Position numbers and translations under genes: made by a program. Below the pieces are notes generated by a model, which searched no databases, was not told where the DNA came from, and worked only from the letters and a program-made list of their open reading frames with translations. Of a stretch of DNA of 64,000 nt, positions 40,615-50,202 are shown in pieces (position 1 is the stretch's first letter; each line of letters opens with the position of its first letter). Source of the DNA: Methanobacteriota archaeon (GTDB taxonomy: Archaea; Halobacteriota; Bog-38; Methanoflorentales; Methanoflorentaceae); NCBI GenBank assembly GCA_963720465.1, contig OY970393.1, positions 1,376,001-1,440,000 of the forward strand. The letters run 5' to 3'.

Positions 40615-41106
40615 CTAACTAAGCAGGCTGGCTATTTGTGCATTCAATTGATCTGTACTCGTAGGACCGACCAATGGGCTCCCGACTTCAGAGCCACCGT
40701 TCAAAATGACGAATGTCGGGATCTCTGTGGCCCCGTATGAATGGAGCTCGTTATAGCCTGACTGGGTGGTGGTGTCTACCCATTGCACGCTGACCTTGCC
40801 CCCATAGGTCGGAATATTCTGGACCTGTCCCTCAATCGCTTGGCAGTGCGGACAGGACGGATCATAGAAGAAGAGCACCGTCAAACTTGTCGCTCCTCCC
40901 GAAGGAGAGGCGGTGGGCGTTGCGGTTGGCGTGGGCGTTGCGGTTGGAGTGGGTGTCGCGGTTGCTGCCGCGGTAGCGGCTTGAGATGAAGAATTTGCAG
41001 TAGCCGACGCGTTCGGTGACGACGTGGTCGAACTAGTGCATCCTGCTGCGGCCACACAAAGAAGAAGTGCGGCACATATCGCTATCATTGCTGCTTGTTT
41101 TTTCAT
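40615..41106 (-). CDS. thioredoxin-like lipoprotein, copy 3
   Basis: Leader nearly identical to copy 1; FFYDPSCPHC and IPT motifs. Confidence 0.85.
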   Translation of the reverse strand: MKKQAAMIAICAALLLCVAAAGCTSSTTSSPNASATANSSSQAATAAATATPTPTATPTPTATPTASPSGGATSLTVLFFYDPSCPHCQAIEGQVQNIPTYGGKVSVQWVDTTTQSGYNELHSYGATEIPTFVILNGGSEVGSPLVGPTSTDQLNAQIASLLS

Positions 41107-41291
41107 AAAAAGTCACACCTCGGAAAATGGACGTTCACTGTGAATACAGAGAAACTTGGCTTAAGATACATAAGGTTTCTGTATGCGACATCGTTTCACG
41201 TGACCATAGGCGTTATTTGCCCAAAAAACGGACACATCTTGTTCTTTTCCAGCCGCCGCGTATCGAGCCATCGTGTGACAGAAACGGCAGG

Positions 41292-41939
41292 CTAGATCGC
41301 TGCGATAATGCCATTGATAATGAACTGCACCCCAATGGCGAGGAGGAGGAGCCCGAGGACGCGATTGACAACCTTGAACTCTTTTTCTCGGATGCCCCCC
41401 GCAATAATGTAGGAGTGAACCATCGCGTAATAAACCACAAAAATTACAACAAAAATGGCAGCTAAAACAATGGCAATTGCAGGCCAGCCTAGTTCGGCAG
41501 CGTCCCCAGTTAGGACAATGACTGTAGTTATGGCGCCGGGACCCGCAATGATTGGGATTGCCAGAGGCGTCGCTGCCACATCCTCGGCGTACGCCTGTGC
41601 GCTTTGCTGGAAAGGCTGTTTGGTGTACGATACACGGGCGTAGACCATCTCAATTCCGATCAAGAACAGCAGGACGCCACCCGCGATTCGCAGAGCTGCA
41701 AGCGTTATCCCAAAAAGCTGGAGGATGATGGGGCCTCCTAGGGCGAACACCAGCAGAATAATGAGTGCGTATAGCGAGGCGTCACGCGCGATCACTCGTT
41801 GGTGCGCGCGATCAACGTCCTTTATTAGCGAGACGAAGACGATCGTTACCGTAATTGGATCGATGAGAATGAAGATTGAAGAGAAGGTCAACAGAGCAAA
41901 GCTTAGCAGATCCATGAGCGTCCCCGGCGCGGTGGCCAA
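41292..41939 (-). CDS. MarC family membrane protein
   Basis: FGITLAALRIAGG, PLAIPIIAGPGAI and GLLLLAIGVQFI motifs. Confidence 0.92.
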   Translation of the reverse strand: MATAPGTLMDLLSFALLTFSSIFILIDPITVTIVFVSLIKDVDRAHQRVIARDASLYALIILLVFALGGPIILQLFGITLAALRIAGGVLLFLIGIEMVYARVSYTKQPFQQSAQAYAEDVAATPLAIPIIAGPGAITTVIVLTGDAAELGWPAIAIVLAAIFVVIFVVYYAMVHSYIIAGGIREKEFKVVNRVLGLLLLAIGVQFIINGIIAAI

Positions 41940-42030
41940 CTCTATTCATCACAATTTGCTCTGGCATTCCGAGCGTTCTAACTGTGTGTCAGAGGCATCG
42001 GCGGGTATATAAGGGCATCTTAGAGAGGCG

Positions 42031-42264
42031 TCACCACGTGCCCTCTTCGAGCGTCTCGCGCGTGCAAAAATAGAGGCCTGTGAGGCCGCACTCGACCCAC
42101 ACGAGGCACGAGTTGCACGGACATCCCTTCTTCTCTGGAAGCGGCTGACGTTTTCCAATGGCGCAGAAAAGGCCTTTGCTTAGGTTGTTATGTCTGAATG
42201 TGGGGCAAGCTCCTTTATAGCATAGACATTTGCCCATATTCTCATATGTATGTCGCGCCGTCAT
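42031..42264 (-). CDS. DUF2769-like Cys-rich protein
   Basis: CLC....CPTF...LFC..G...GCPCNSC.V...YFC pattern. Confidence 0.8.
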   Translation of the reverse strand: MTARHTYENMGKCLCYKGACPTFRHNNLSKGLFCAIGKRQPLPEKKGCPCNSCLVWVECGLTGLYFCTRETLEEGTW

Positions 42265-42372
42265 TTTTTCGGCATAACGCGGAAACGAGCCGTGTGCGGC
42301 AAGGCGACGTTTCGCATCGTTACGAGACGCGCCAGACCCTCTCTCTCAGACTGTCTTGCTCGAGCATCGCAC

Positions 42373-42597
42373 TCATCGTCCTTCAGATCCCTCCGCGCAG
42401 AAATACAGTTCTGTAAGCCCGCAATCGTGCCATACCAGACACGAATCACACGAGCATCCTTTTTTTTCTAGGGATTCAGCGCAGCGGGCTATTGAACAGA
42501 ACAGGCCTCCACTTAAGCTGTTCTGTGCAAACGTCGGGCACGTCCCCTGGTAGCAGATGCACTTGCCCATGTTCTCGAAGGTATTCAGGACGTTCAT
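42373..42597 (-). CDS. DUF2769-like Cys-rich protein
   Basis: Close paralog of 42031..42264. Confidence 0.8.
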   Translation of the reverse strand: MNVLNTFENMGKCICYQGTCPTFAQNSLSGGLFCSIARCAESLEKKGCSCDSCLVWHDCGLTELYFCAEGSEGR

Positions 42598-42633
42598 TCT
42601 ACTTCTGTGACGATCTGCGACCCAATAATCGCC

Positions 42634-42867
42634 TTACGCTGAACCTCGAATGCAGTAGTACCCCTTGCTCAAGTCATATGCCCGAAACACAGGACAAATC
42701 GGACAGTTACAGCCCCGTCTCCCGTACTCCACGTCACTGATGCCCGAAGCGCAGAAAAAGATGCCACTTCTATGGCTGAAATACGACGTAGGGCATTCGC
42801 CACAGATGCACGTTGACGTGTTTAGTTCGGTGACTGGCACGGGCATGGCTTCGCTCACGCGCTTCAT
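42634..42867 (-). CDS. DUF2769-like Cys-rich protein
   Basis: CICGECPTS...FFCASG...GCNCPICPV...YYC..G pattern; start uncertain. Confidence 0.8.
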   Translation of the reverse strand: MKRVSEAMPVPVTELNTSTCICGECPTSYFSHRSGIFFCASGISDVEYGRRGCNCPICPVFRAYDLSKGYYCIRGSA

Positions 42868-43142
42868 TTGCGCGCGCATTTCTCTTCTACGTTGTGCGTG
42901 CAAGTATTTCTTTGTTTGCCGCGTTAGGACGGGAGAGACGAACGCACGACGGGCGTGACCGAGTGTGGTAGGACAGGTGCAGTCCGCGGCGACACGAAAC
43001 AACGACGACGTGACAGTCGATAGCATGCCGGTCGTTCTCAGGGACGCACATAGCACGCCTGTTCGCACTAGAAACCTTTATTAGACGCTGCGAGAGTGGA
43101 GCGTACGACGCGAACGCACGCTCGCAGGATCAGAACGCAGCC

Positions 43143-44003
43143 ATGAAAGTACTCGTTACCGGCGCAAGCGGCCTACTCGGCAGCGCCCTCCTTAGGGAGG
43201 CGTCGAAACAAGGCACGACCAGCGTCGCGGCATACAACAGCCGTCCGCTGCACGGCGGCATCCAGATGGATATCACTCAGCAAGAGCAGGTCCGCACAGC
43301 CATAAAGGACGCTGCCCCCGACTATGTTATACACACCGCGGCGTTTACCAACGTCGACGCGTGCGAAGTCGAACCACAGCGCGCGTGGGACGTAAACGCT
43401 CTTGGCACTAAGCACGTCGTTGATGCGTGCAACGAACAAGGCGCGCACGTAGTGTACATTTCGACTGATTTCGTCTTTGATGGAGAGGATGGCCCCTATT
43501 CAGAGGACCACCCGACTCACCCCATAAACGTCTATGGCGAGTCTAAACTCGCCGGCGAACGATTCACCCTAGCGCACAGTGGCAACGCCGTCGCCCGCGT
43601 GTGCGTGCTCTACGGGCCCGACCGACCGAACTTCGTAACGTGGGTTGTCGATTCGCTGCGCGCGAACGCGCCGATAAATGTGGTCAATGATCAGTACAAC
43701 ACGCCGACCTATGTCGGGAACTGCGCACGTGCTCTGCTGCGAATGTGTGAGCTTGGCCTGACAGGCGTCTATCACGTTTCAGGCCGCGAACAAGTCAATC
43801 GCTACGACTTTGCCTGCGCGATCGCGGACGTGTTTGGGCTCAATGAAACGCTTATTAACGTGACCACCACAGACACATTGCGGCAGCGGGCGCGACGGCC
43901 GATGAACTCCTCGCTCAGCGTTGAAAAAGCCGAACGCGCCCTGGGAATGCGCCTTGCGAACGTACGCGAGGGGCTCACCCTTCTGCAGGATGAATGGCGA
44001 TGA
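43143..44003 (+). CDS. rmlD: dTDP-4-dehydrorhamnose reductase
   Basis: GASGLLG, AAFTNVDACE, ISTDFVFDG and YGESK motifs. Confidence 0.92.
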   Translation: MKVLVTGASGLLGSALLREASKQGTTSVAAYNSRPLHGGIQMDITQQEQVRTAIKDAAPDYVIHTAAFTNVDACEVEPQRAWDVNALGTKHVVDACNEQGAHVVYISTDFVFDGEDGPYSEDHPTHPINVYGESKLAGERFTLAHSGNAVARVCVLYGPDRPNFVTWVVDSLRANAPINVVNDQYNTPTYVGNCARALLRMCELGLTGVYHVSGREQVNRYDFACAIADVFGLNETLINVTTTDTLRQRARRPMNSSLSVEKAERALGMRLANVREGLTLLQDEWR

Positions 44004-45076
44004 AAGGGTTATTGCTCTCAGGAGGTAGTGGCACGAGGCTCCGTCCGCTGACTCACAGCGGCCCCAAACAGCTCATCCCCGTCGCGAACAAGCCAGTGCT
44101 CATTTACGCGCTTGAAGATCTGCAAAGGGCCGGTATCACCGACATTGCAGTCATTCTTGGCCTCAACGGAAGGGAACAAGTCATCGAGCGGATCGGTGAC
44201 GGTTCGCAGTGTGGCGTGAACGTCTCCTACATCGACCAAGGGGCGCCGCTCGGGATCGCGCACGCGGTCGCGTGTGCCGAGGACTTTATGGGTCATGATC
44301 CGTTCGTCGTCTACCTCGGCGACAACATCCTCCGCCACGGGATTGCTCCGCTGGTCGCTGAGTTCGATGAGGGAGCGTGCGACGCCGTGATTGCACTCCA
44401 AAGCGTCTCCGACCCCCAACGGTACGGCGTCGCCGAGCTTGACGAAGCGAGCGGTCGACTTATACAGCTCGTTGAGAAGCCTAAAGTGCCCAAAAGCAAT
44501 CTTGCGCTCGTGGGCGTCTACCTTTTTACTACCCCGATATTCGATGCGATCAGACAGATCGAACCGTCGTGGCGAGACGAGCTTGAAATCACCGACGCCA
44601 TACAAAAGCTCATCGATACCCACTACATCGTGAAGCACCACGTCATCCAGGGGTGGTGGAAGGATACCGGCATGCCCGAGGATATCCTCGAGGTCAATCG
44701 GCTCCTCCTCGACGATCTCGTTCCGTGCGTCGAGGGCGCCGTCGACGGCGGTGCCGTGGTCAAGGGCCGGGTATCGATCGGCCGGGGCTCAGTGCTGAAA
44801 CCGGGGAGCGTGGTGTCCGGCCCGGCCATCATCGGGGAAAACTGCACGATCGACGCGGGGACGTACATCGGCCCGTACACATCAATCGGCGATAACACGC
44901 ACGTTTCGGGAGCGCACATCGAAGATTCGATCGTCATCGGTGATAGCGTCATCACGTGTAAAGAAACGATCGTCGAGAGTTTGATCGGCGACAAGACGCG
45001 GATACGATCGACCGATCAGAAGCTGCCGAAGGGCTACCGCCTCATCGTCGGTTCCGGCTCGTCGATTGACTTGTGA
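44000..45076 (+). CDS. rmlA: glucose-1-phosphate thymidylyltransferase, long form
   Basis: GGSGTRLRPLT, KQLIPVANKP, ELEITDA and WKDTG motifs; C-terminal hexapeptide repeats. Confidence 0.93.
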   Translation: MKGLLLSGGSGTRLRPLTHSGPKQLIPVANKPVLIYALEDLQRAGITDIAVILGLNGREQVIERIGDGSQCGVNVSYIDQGAPLGIAHAVACAEDFMGHDPFVVYLGDNILRHGIAPLVAEFDEGACDAVIALQSVSDPQRYGVAELDEASGRLIQLVEKPKVPKSNLALVGVYLFTTPIFDAIRQIEPSWRDELEITDAIQKLIDTHYIVKHHVIQGWWKDTGMPEDILEVNRLLLDDLVPCVEGAVDGGAVVKGRVSIGRGSVLKPGSVVSGPAIIGENCTIDAGTYIGPYTSIGDNTHVSGAHIEDSIVIGDSVITCKETIVESLIGDKTRIRSTDQKLPKGYRLIVGSGSSIDL

Positions 45077-45164
45077 GCGACCTGGCCGGCGTAAGCGCGG
45101 AAGTTCGATGGCGCTTGAGCCTTATTTTAGCAAAAGAGTTATTACGAGCTCTCTTTATTACCGT

Positions 45165-45584
45165 ATGGTGATCTATGTGGAGGATAGCAACGCAACTATA
45201 AGCGAGGTCCTCGCCAACTTGCAGTCCATTTTCAGTGGCGTTGAGTCGCTGGGCAAGGCCGTCGAATTTGGTGACAAAGTCGCCGTCCCCATCTACCAGT
45301 TCAACTTTGGAACGGGCGGCGGTGGAGGCGGTGGCGGCCGCGAAGGACGAACGAACGACGCCGTCGCGTTTGGACTCGGCGGAACAATCGGCCCGGTAGC
45401 AATCGTCATCCTTGAAAAGGACGTGCCTGGTCCCGGCGGCATACATATTCACGAGTTCAAGTCAAACAAGCTCGGCGAAGCGCTTGCAGAACTTATGCTC
45501 CGTTTGTGGGATATGGTTGAATCACAGATGGGCGGCCGGAAGAAACTGTCAGCCGAAAAGAAAGAAAAACTGATGAACATCTGA
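45165..45584 (+). CDS. GerW/YtfJ-like protein
   Basis: LGKAVEFGDKVAVPI...FGTGGGGG...GLGG.I.PVA pattern; start uncertain. Confidence 0.7.
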   Translation: MVIYVEDSNATISEVLANLQSIFSGVESLGKAVEFGDKVAVPIYQFNFGTGGGGGGGGREGRTNDAVAFGLGGTIGPVAIVILEKDVPGPGGIHIHEFKSNKLGEALAELMLRLWDMVESQMGGRKKLSAEKKEKLMNI

Positions 45585-45587
45585 CGG

Positions 45588-46139
45588 ATGGATAGTCAAA
45601 CCATGCCGCAAAAAGAAGAGGTAGAACGCCTCATAAAGACGTGTGAAACCGCGAAGGACAGCGTCGCCGCGTTTTCACGCAGCATTGATGATTTTAGCGC
45701 AGTGGTCGAAGATCTGCCCGCCGTCGCGCGGCCCCTTGTGAGGCGTGACTTGCAGGCAAACAGCGGCATGAGCGCCGACGAATGGACGACGTTCCTGGAG
45801 CGGCTCGGCGCGCGCTACGGCGCTATATATGATGAGGCGCGACGCGTTGCTGAGGCGCTGGATGACGACGGCAACGTCGCTGAAGCGACGGCAGCTCTCA
45901 AAGACGCGGCAACCCCGCTCGTAGAAAGCGCTGACGTCGCCGTCGAACAAATGCAGACGATGGAGGCATACTTGGAAGGGCTACCAGCGAAAATCAACAT
46001 AATACCCGACGCCTTCCTGAAGGCCGACGCTCGTGAGGGGCTGGTCAGCTCCATGCCAGGATATGTCGAACGCGCCCGAGCGGTGAAAGAACTTCTTAAC
46101 GAGACGAAAGAAGTACTGAGCTCCATAATCGCCGGTTAG
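45588..46139 (+). CDS. helical hypothetical protein
   Basis: 183-aa Ala/Glu-rich ORF starting 3 bp after the upstream stop. Confidence 0.7.
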   Translation: MDSQTMPQKEEVERLIKTCETAKDSVAAFSRSIDDFSAVVEDLPAVARPLVRRDLQANSGMSADEWTTFLERLGARYGAIYDEARRVAEALDDDGNVAEATAALKDAATPLVESADVAVEQMQTMEAYLEGLPAKINIIPDAFLKADAREGLVSSMPGYVERARAVKELLNETKEVLSSIIAG

Positions 46140-46334
46140 CCGACGCGATACGTCAATCACTGCGTTTTTACGACGGTGTAGCGTTGCCGACTTTGAAAGG
46201 CTAGTGAGGGCTCCCTTTAGCGCGGAAGCGCCTGCAGCGGGCATTTTTTACGCGCTAAACGGCGATAGCGGAGCCGTCGTGCAACGCGACCTTGTCTACA
46301 AGGTTGCGCGGGGCAACGGCTTCCCAAACGCGGA

Positions 46335-48677
46335 TCAGACGGTACGCCCGAGAGAGACGCGATGCCGGTCTTTGAGCTCCTGCTTCTTGCCTTCGTTCCA
46401 GCTTGATACGGCGCTCATGTACCCGGTGACGCGGGCGATGTGTTCCACGTTGGGCGAACCACAGTTGGCACACTCTTCGTGGATGCCTCCTTCGACGTGC
46501 GAGTCATCGAGGCACAGCGTCAAATCCCGCCCCGGCGCGAAGTACCCGATCTGCGTATTCTTGACGATGTTCAGACAGAGCTCCATAAGCCCTTCAGGGT
46601 CGGGCTTCGACTCGCCAAGGAACACGTGCGTCAGATCCCCACCGTCAAAGCAGTGGTAAAAGACCTGTTCGTAGCGAAGCCGATCGAAGAGGTCGATATC
46701 AGCGCTCACCGGGATGTGTGTGCCGTTAGAGTAATAGATCGGCAGATCGCGCGACTTCGACTTTATATACCGCTTGATTGCCTCGGAGACGTTCCCCTCC
46801 ACGACGCGGCGGCACTTGTCGGTGAACTCAGGGTTGAGCAGATCAGCAACGGCGAGCCGCTGCGCACACGATTCTGCGGGCGTCCGCGCGAGGGCGATCT
46901 TGATGCCGTTTTCGTTGCCAACCTGTCGACAGTACGCCTGAAGCTCCATCATGGCGCGTATCGCGAGTTCCCACGCGGCGGGATCCTCGTGTATGGCAGA
47001 CCCCGTGTGGTACTTGACCGCGTCATTCACCCCGACTACGCCGATGGTATAGACGAGGCTGTCAAAGTCGTAGAGCTGGGGCCCGCGCTCGCCCGTATTC
47101 GGGTCGCGCGGGTGCTGTTGCAGGAAGGGGAGGCGATTGCCCGCGAGGAGCGGTTCCATCCACTTGCGCTTGATCTTGAAGAACTCGACGGCACAGTCGA
47201 CGAGGTTCTTGAGGTTATCGATAAAGGCCTCAGTGTCGTGTTCGGCGCGATACGCCGCGCGCGGGACGTTGAGCGTGACGACGTGCCACGAGCCCATCGA
47301 GAAGTGGGCGCCGTCTCTGAAGTAGAGCTTGTCCTCAAAGTGCTGGTCCTCGTCTCGATCGACCTTGAACATATACGCGCAGCACTGGTAGCAGGAGACG
47401 CCCTTCCCCGCGCCACGGTACTCGGGGATCATGTTGTCGAAGTAGGTCGAGCCGAACTCGGCCGAGAGCGTGAACGCGGCCTGGTAGTTGTCCTCAAGGG
47501 TGGGGATCTCAGGGTGGCCGTAGTAAAGGTCCTCGGTGCGCGGCACGATGAATGAGGGCTCGATCGCCACCTCGGGCTTCGGGAAGTTAAAGGGCTTGCC
47601 CCAGTTGTCCCCCTTAGTCATAACTTCCATGATAGCCTTGAAGGCGAGACGCACCTCCCGTTCAAACTCGCCGTAGGTCCGCAGCGGCGCCTGCGTGCCG
47701 TCCCAGACCTTTCCGTGAAGGACGATAGGCTTGTCCTTCCACAGCTCAGGGACGCCAGGGGTGAGTTGTAGGCTGCTGAAGACCATCTGCCCGCCACGTG
47801 CGATGAACACTTGCGTGAGCTCGTAGACCGTCTCTTGCATAAGCTGCTTGATCTGGGTATAGTCGAGGTGCTCGAGATGGGGAGCCAAAAACGTTAAGAA
47901 GTTGTAGAAGCCCTGCCCGCCCGCGCAGTTCGTCTGTCCGGCGGCGAGTGCCTTGACCGCGTGCAGTATAGCGACCTCAGGGCTCTTCGCAGGACCGGCG
48001 ACGGAGGCGTGTGCTCCGGTGCCGTCGGGCATCAGACCGTAGTAAAGGAAGTACCGCAGGTCATAGTCGGCACAGAACGGCCGTACGTTCGCGTACTCCA
48101 TGTCGTGAATGTGAAAGTCGCCCGACCGGTGGGCGTCCCCGATGCTCTGCGGGAGCATGAGCAGCACCTGTTGCTTGCTCAGCTTGTCGTGTTTCTTCTT
48201 GGCTGACGTCTCCGGGTTTGCGGTTAAGTTGGAGTTCTCCTTCGCCTCGAACCCCTCGCCGTGGTCGATGCGGTAGGCGTCGTACAGTGACGTCCCCACA
48301 CGCGAACAGGCGCGCGCCCAGTCGCCAAACCCCTCCTCGAGCAGGACGACGTTCACGAACTCGCGAATGAGCGGGCCGCTCAGCTCGTGGACGTCCATTC
48401 GCTTGATCTTCTTCTCAACGACTTCAGCGATGCGCCGCGCCTCGGGCCGCTTCATGCCCCGCTTTCCATAGAACGTCTGCGCCAGGGCCGTTTCTTGAAC
48501 GAGTTGCTTTACGATCGCTTCGCTGTTCCACGGCAGGATAAACCCGTCACTGGTCCTGACGTTGGGCATCTCCTCGGCTTGTTCGCCAAGGAGCGTCGTC
48601 TGGAGGGTCCGGGGCTGAAGCATCGGGAGCAATGACTTCTTCGGGGAGTGATTTCTCTTTCGTGTGGATATGGCCAT
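46335..48677 (-). CDS. nrdD: anaerobic (class III) ribonucleoside-triphosphate reductase
   Basis: ATP-cone-like N-terminus; HIHD, GGQGF, FNFPKP, CYQCC, TPAES, YSNG and RVTGY (glycyl radical) motifs. Confidence 0.95.
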   Translation of the reverse strand: MAISTRKRNHSPKKSLLPMLQPRTLQTTLLGEQAEEMPNVRTSDGFILPWNSEAIVKQLVQETALAQTFYGKRGMKRPEARRIAEVVEKKIKRMDVHELSGPLIREFVNVVLLEEGFGDWARACSRVGTSLYDAYRIDHGEGFEAKENSNLTANPETSAKKKHDKLSKQQVLLMLPQSIGDAHRSGDFHIHDMEYANVRPFCADYDLRYFLYYGLMPDGTGAHASVAGPAKSPEVAILHAVKALAAGQTNCAGGQGFYNFLTFLAPHLEHLDYTQIKQLMQETVYELTQVFIARGGQMVFSSLQLTPGVPELWKDKPIVLHGKVWDGTQAPLRTYGEFEREVRLAFKAIMEVMTKGDNWGKPFNFPKPEVAIEPSFIVPRTEDLYYGHPEIPTLEDNYQAAFTLSAEFGSTYFDNMIPEYRGAGKGVSCYQCCAYMFKVDRDEDQHFEDKLYFRDGAHFSMGSWHVVTLNVPRAAYRAEHDTEAFIDNLKNLVDCAVEFFKIKRKWMEPLLAGNRLPFLQQHPRDPNTGERGPQLYDFDSLVYTIGVVGVNDAVKYHTGSAIHEDPAAWELAIRAMMELQAYCRQVGNENGIKIALARTPAESCAQRLAVADLLNPEFTDKCRRVVEGNVSEAIKRYIKSKSRDLPIYYSNGTHIPVSADIDLFDRLRYEQVFYHCFDGGDLTHVFLGESKPDPEGLMELCLNIVKNTQIGYFAPGRDLTLCLDDSHVEGGIHEECANCGSPNVEHIARVTGYMSAVSSWNEGKKQELKDRHRVSLGRTV

Positions 48678-48843
48678 TCGCCCACCTTCTCTATAACGAT
48701 TATATCAGGAGTGGAAACGCATTCGACTCTGTCGGTGATAAATGTCATATTCGTAGTCGGATTGACGAGCATTCGTGCAAATGAAAGGCGTCTATCGATG
48801 CACGACGGGCGTTAACTTCCGTCGAATGTGACTCCTGCAAACG

Positions 48844-48869
48844 GTGTAATAGTTCGATATTTATTACAC
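48844..48869. promoter_or_regulatory. inverted repeat GTGTAATA-N10-TATTACAC upstream of nrdD
   Basis: Perfect 8-bp arms in an AT-rich intergenic region. Confidence 0.45.
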
Positions 48870-49116
48870 TATTCCTTACGATGCGATAGTAAATCAATGT
48901 TGGGATTTGCTCCGCTTAGGCACGCAGGCGCATGTCGAAGCGGGGCAGGCACTGCGAGACCGGCGTGCTCCTCTTCGGCTTACGCACTTTGAACGAGTTC
49001 TCGCTCGCGTCAAAAAAAAGGATGCGCGACTTCGGCCGCTTGAGGCTAGTCGAGAAAAAGCTTACACGCTGCCTCACGCTGTATACAACGTAGCACTCTG
49101 ACTGTTGGCACGCCTT

Positions 49117-49620
49117 CTATGGGGGGTGCTTCGTTTTTCGCCTGTTTTCGCGTTCGACGTCAGCAACGAGGCTAAACCCAGAAATAAGCACTGAACGGCA
49201 AGCGTGCATTATTGAGGCCGCTTGTCTTTGGATGCTCGCCAGCTTAGCGCCATCGGGGTCAACGACCGTCCGTGCTGCGCCATCAAGATTAGCCGCGCTT
49301 ATGCCCGTATCGCCGACATTTATCTCGCGCCAGCCGAGAGCGTCACCGGCAACACGCGCCGCGCGAAGGGACGGCAACGCGTGGCGCTTCAGCCGCCGCC
49401 GGTACGACGAGTAGGCTGCCGTACGCTGAGCGTCCCAAAACTCCTGGATGTGACGGGGAGCGCGCACGTTCGTTTTCTTGTAGCGCGACGCTCCACACGC
49501 GCACACCGCCACGTCGCGGTCGAGCTCGTACCAGCTCGGCGCGAACAAAAAGCGTCTGCAGCGCACGCACCCGAACAGCGCGAGCCTGACGTGTCGTTTT
49601 GCGTGTATCTGCGCCATCAT
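49117..49620 (-). CDS. hypothetical protein with a CxxC...CxC motif
   Basis: RBS GGGAGG; CVRC and CACG motifs; lies between the redoxin gene and nrdD. Confidence 0.5.
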   Translation of the reverse strand: MMAQIHAKRHVRLALFGCVRCRRFLFAPSWYELDRDVAVCACGASRYKKTNVRAPRHIQEFWDAQRTAAYSSYRRRLKRHALPSLRAARVAGDALGWREINVGDTGISAANLDGAARTVVDPDGAKLASIQRQAASIMHACRSVLISGFSLVADVERENRRKTKHPP

Positions 49621-49926
49621 CCCTCCCGTTGGGCCGCACCAAATCGAAAAAGAATTAAGGGAGGTGGGCAGTACTCGCATCGCAGATGAACGGCTTTAGC
49701 GTGTCACAACCTTTTGCTGAAGCCCTTCGTCTCCCCCCAGTATTCTTTTTTGTGTACTCGTTTTTGTAACGACTTTGGTTTCGGCCCTTAAGCAATATCA
49801 GTTGTTAAGATGATAAGCACTGCTCTCAAAGAACAAGGAGAGTATAGATGGGCAACGCAATTTTTTTAGGCCGTTCGACCCGCTGACCCGTGCCGCTTGC
49901 CAATGACAAACGCGCCAGACGGGTTT

Positions 49927-50202
49927 CTAGCAGCGCAAAAGGCTCAAGATCAGATCGAGGTTGAGCTCATCGCCGTGAAAAAGATCATCGAACGTTAAGA
50001 AGGTGTCCCTCACCTGGAGCACTGGCGCGACCGTCGTAAAGACCCCTTGCATGAGGAGGGTCGTCCGCGACTGCGGCGAGTCCAAATCGTGTTCCTCAAA
50101 GGAGATGCCGTGTTCCATAAGGGACTTCTTCAGGACACTGCAGTTGGGACAGACGGGCAGCGTGTACACGTTCACGGTTTGCTTCGTTTCTGATGTCATC
50201 AC
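49927..50202 (-). CDS. NrdH/glutaredoxin-like protein
   Basis: VYTLPVCPNC and VAPVLQV motifs. Confidence 0.88.
   Translation of the reverse strand: MMTSETKQTVNVYTLPVCPNCSVLKKSLMEHGISFEEHDLDSPQSRTTLLMQGVFTTVAPVLQVRDTFLTFDDLFHGDELNLDLILSLLRC

Noticed and set aside
46440-47555. 371-aa ORF antisense to nrdD, and similar shadow ORFs opposite amt, rmlA, nadA and pscS
   Set aside because: Expected by-product of GC-rich codon bias; no recognisable motifs
48692-48707. TATAACGATTATATCA before nrdD as another metY-type box
   Set aside because: Only the left half matches and dyad symmetry is lost
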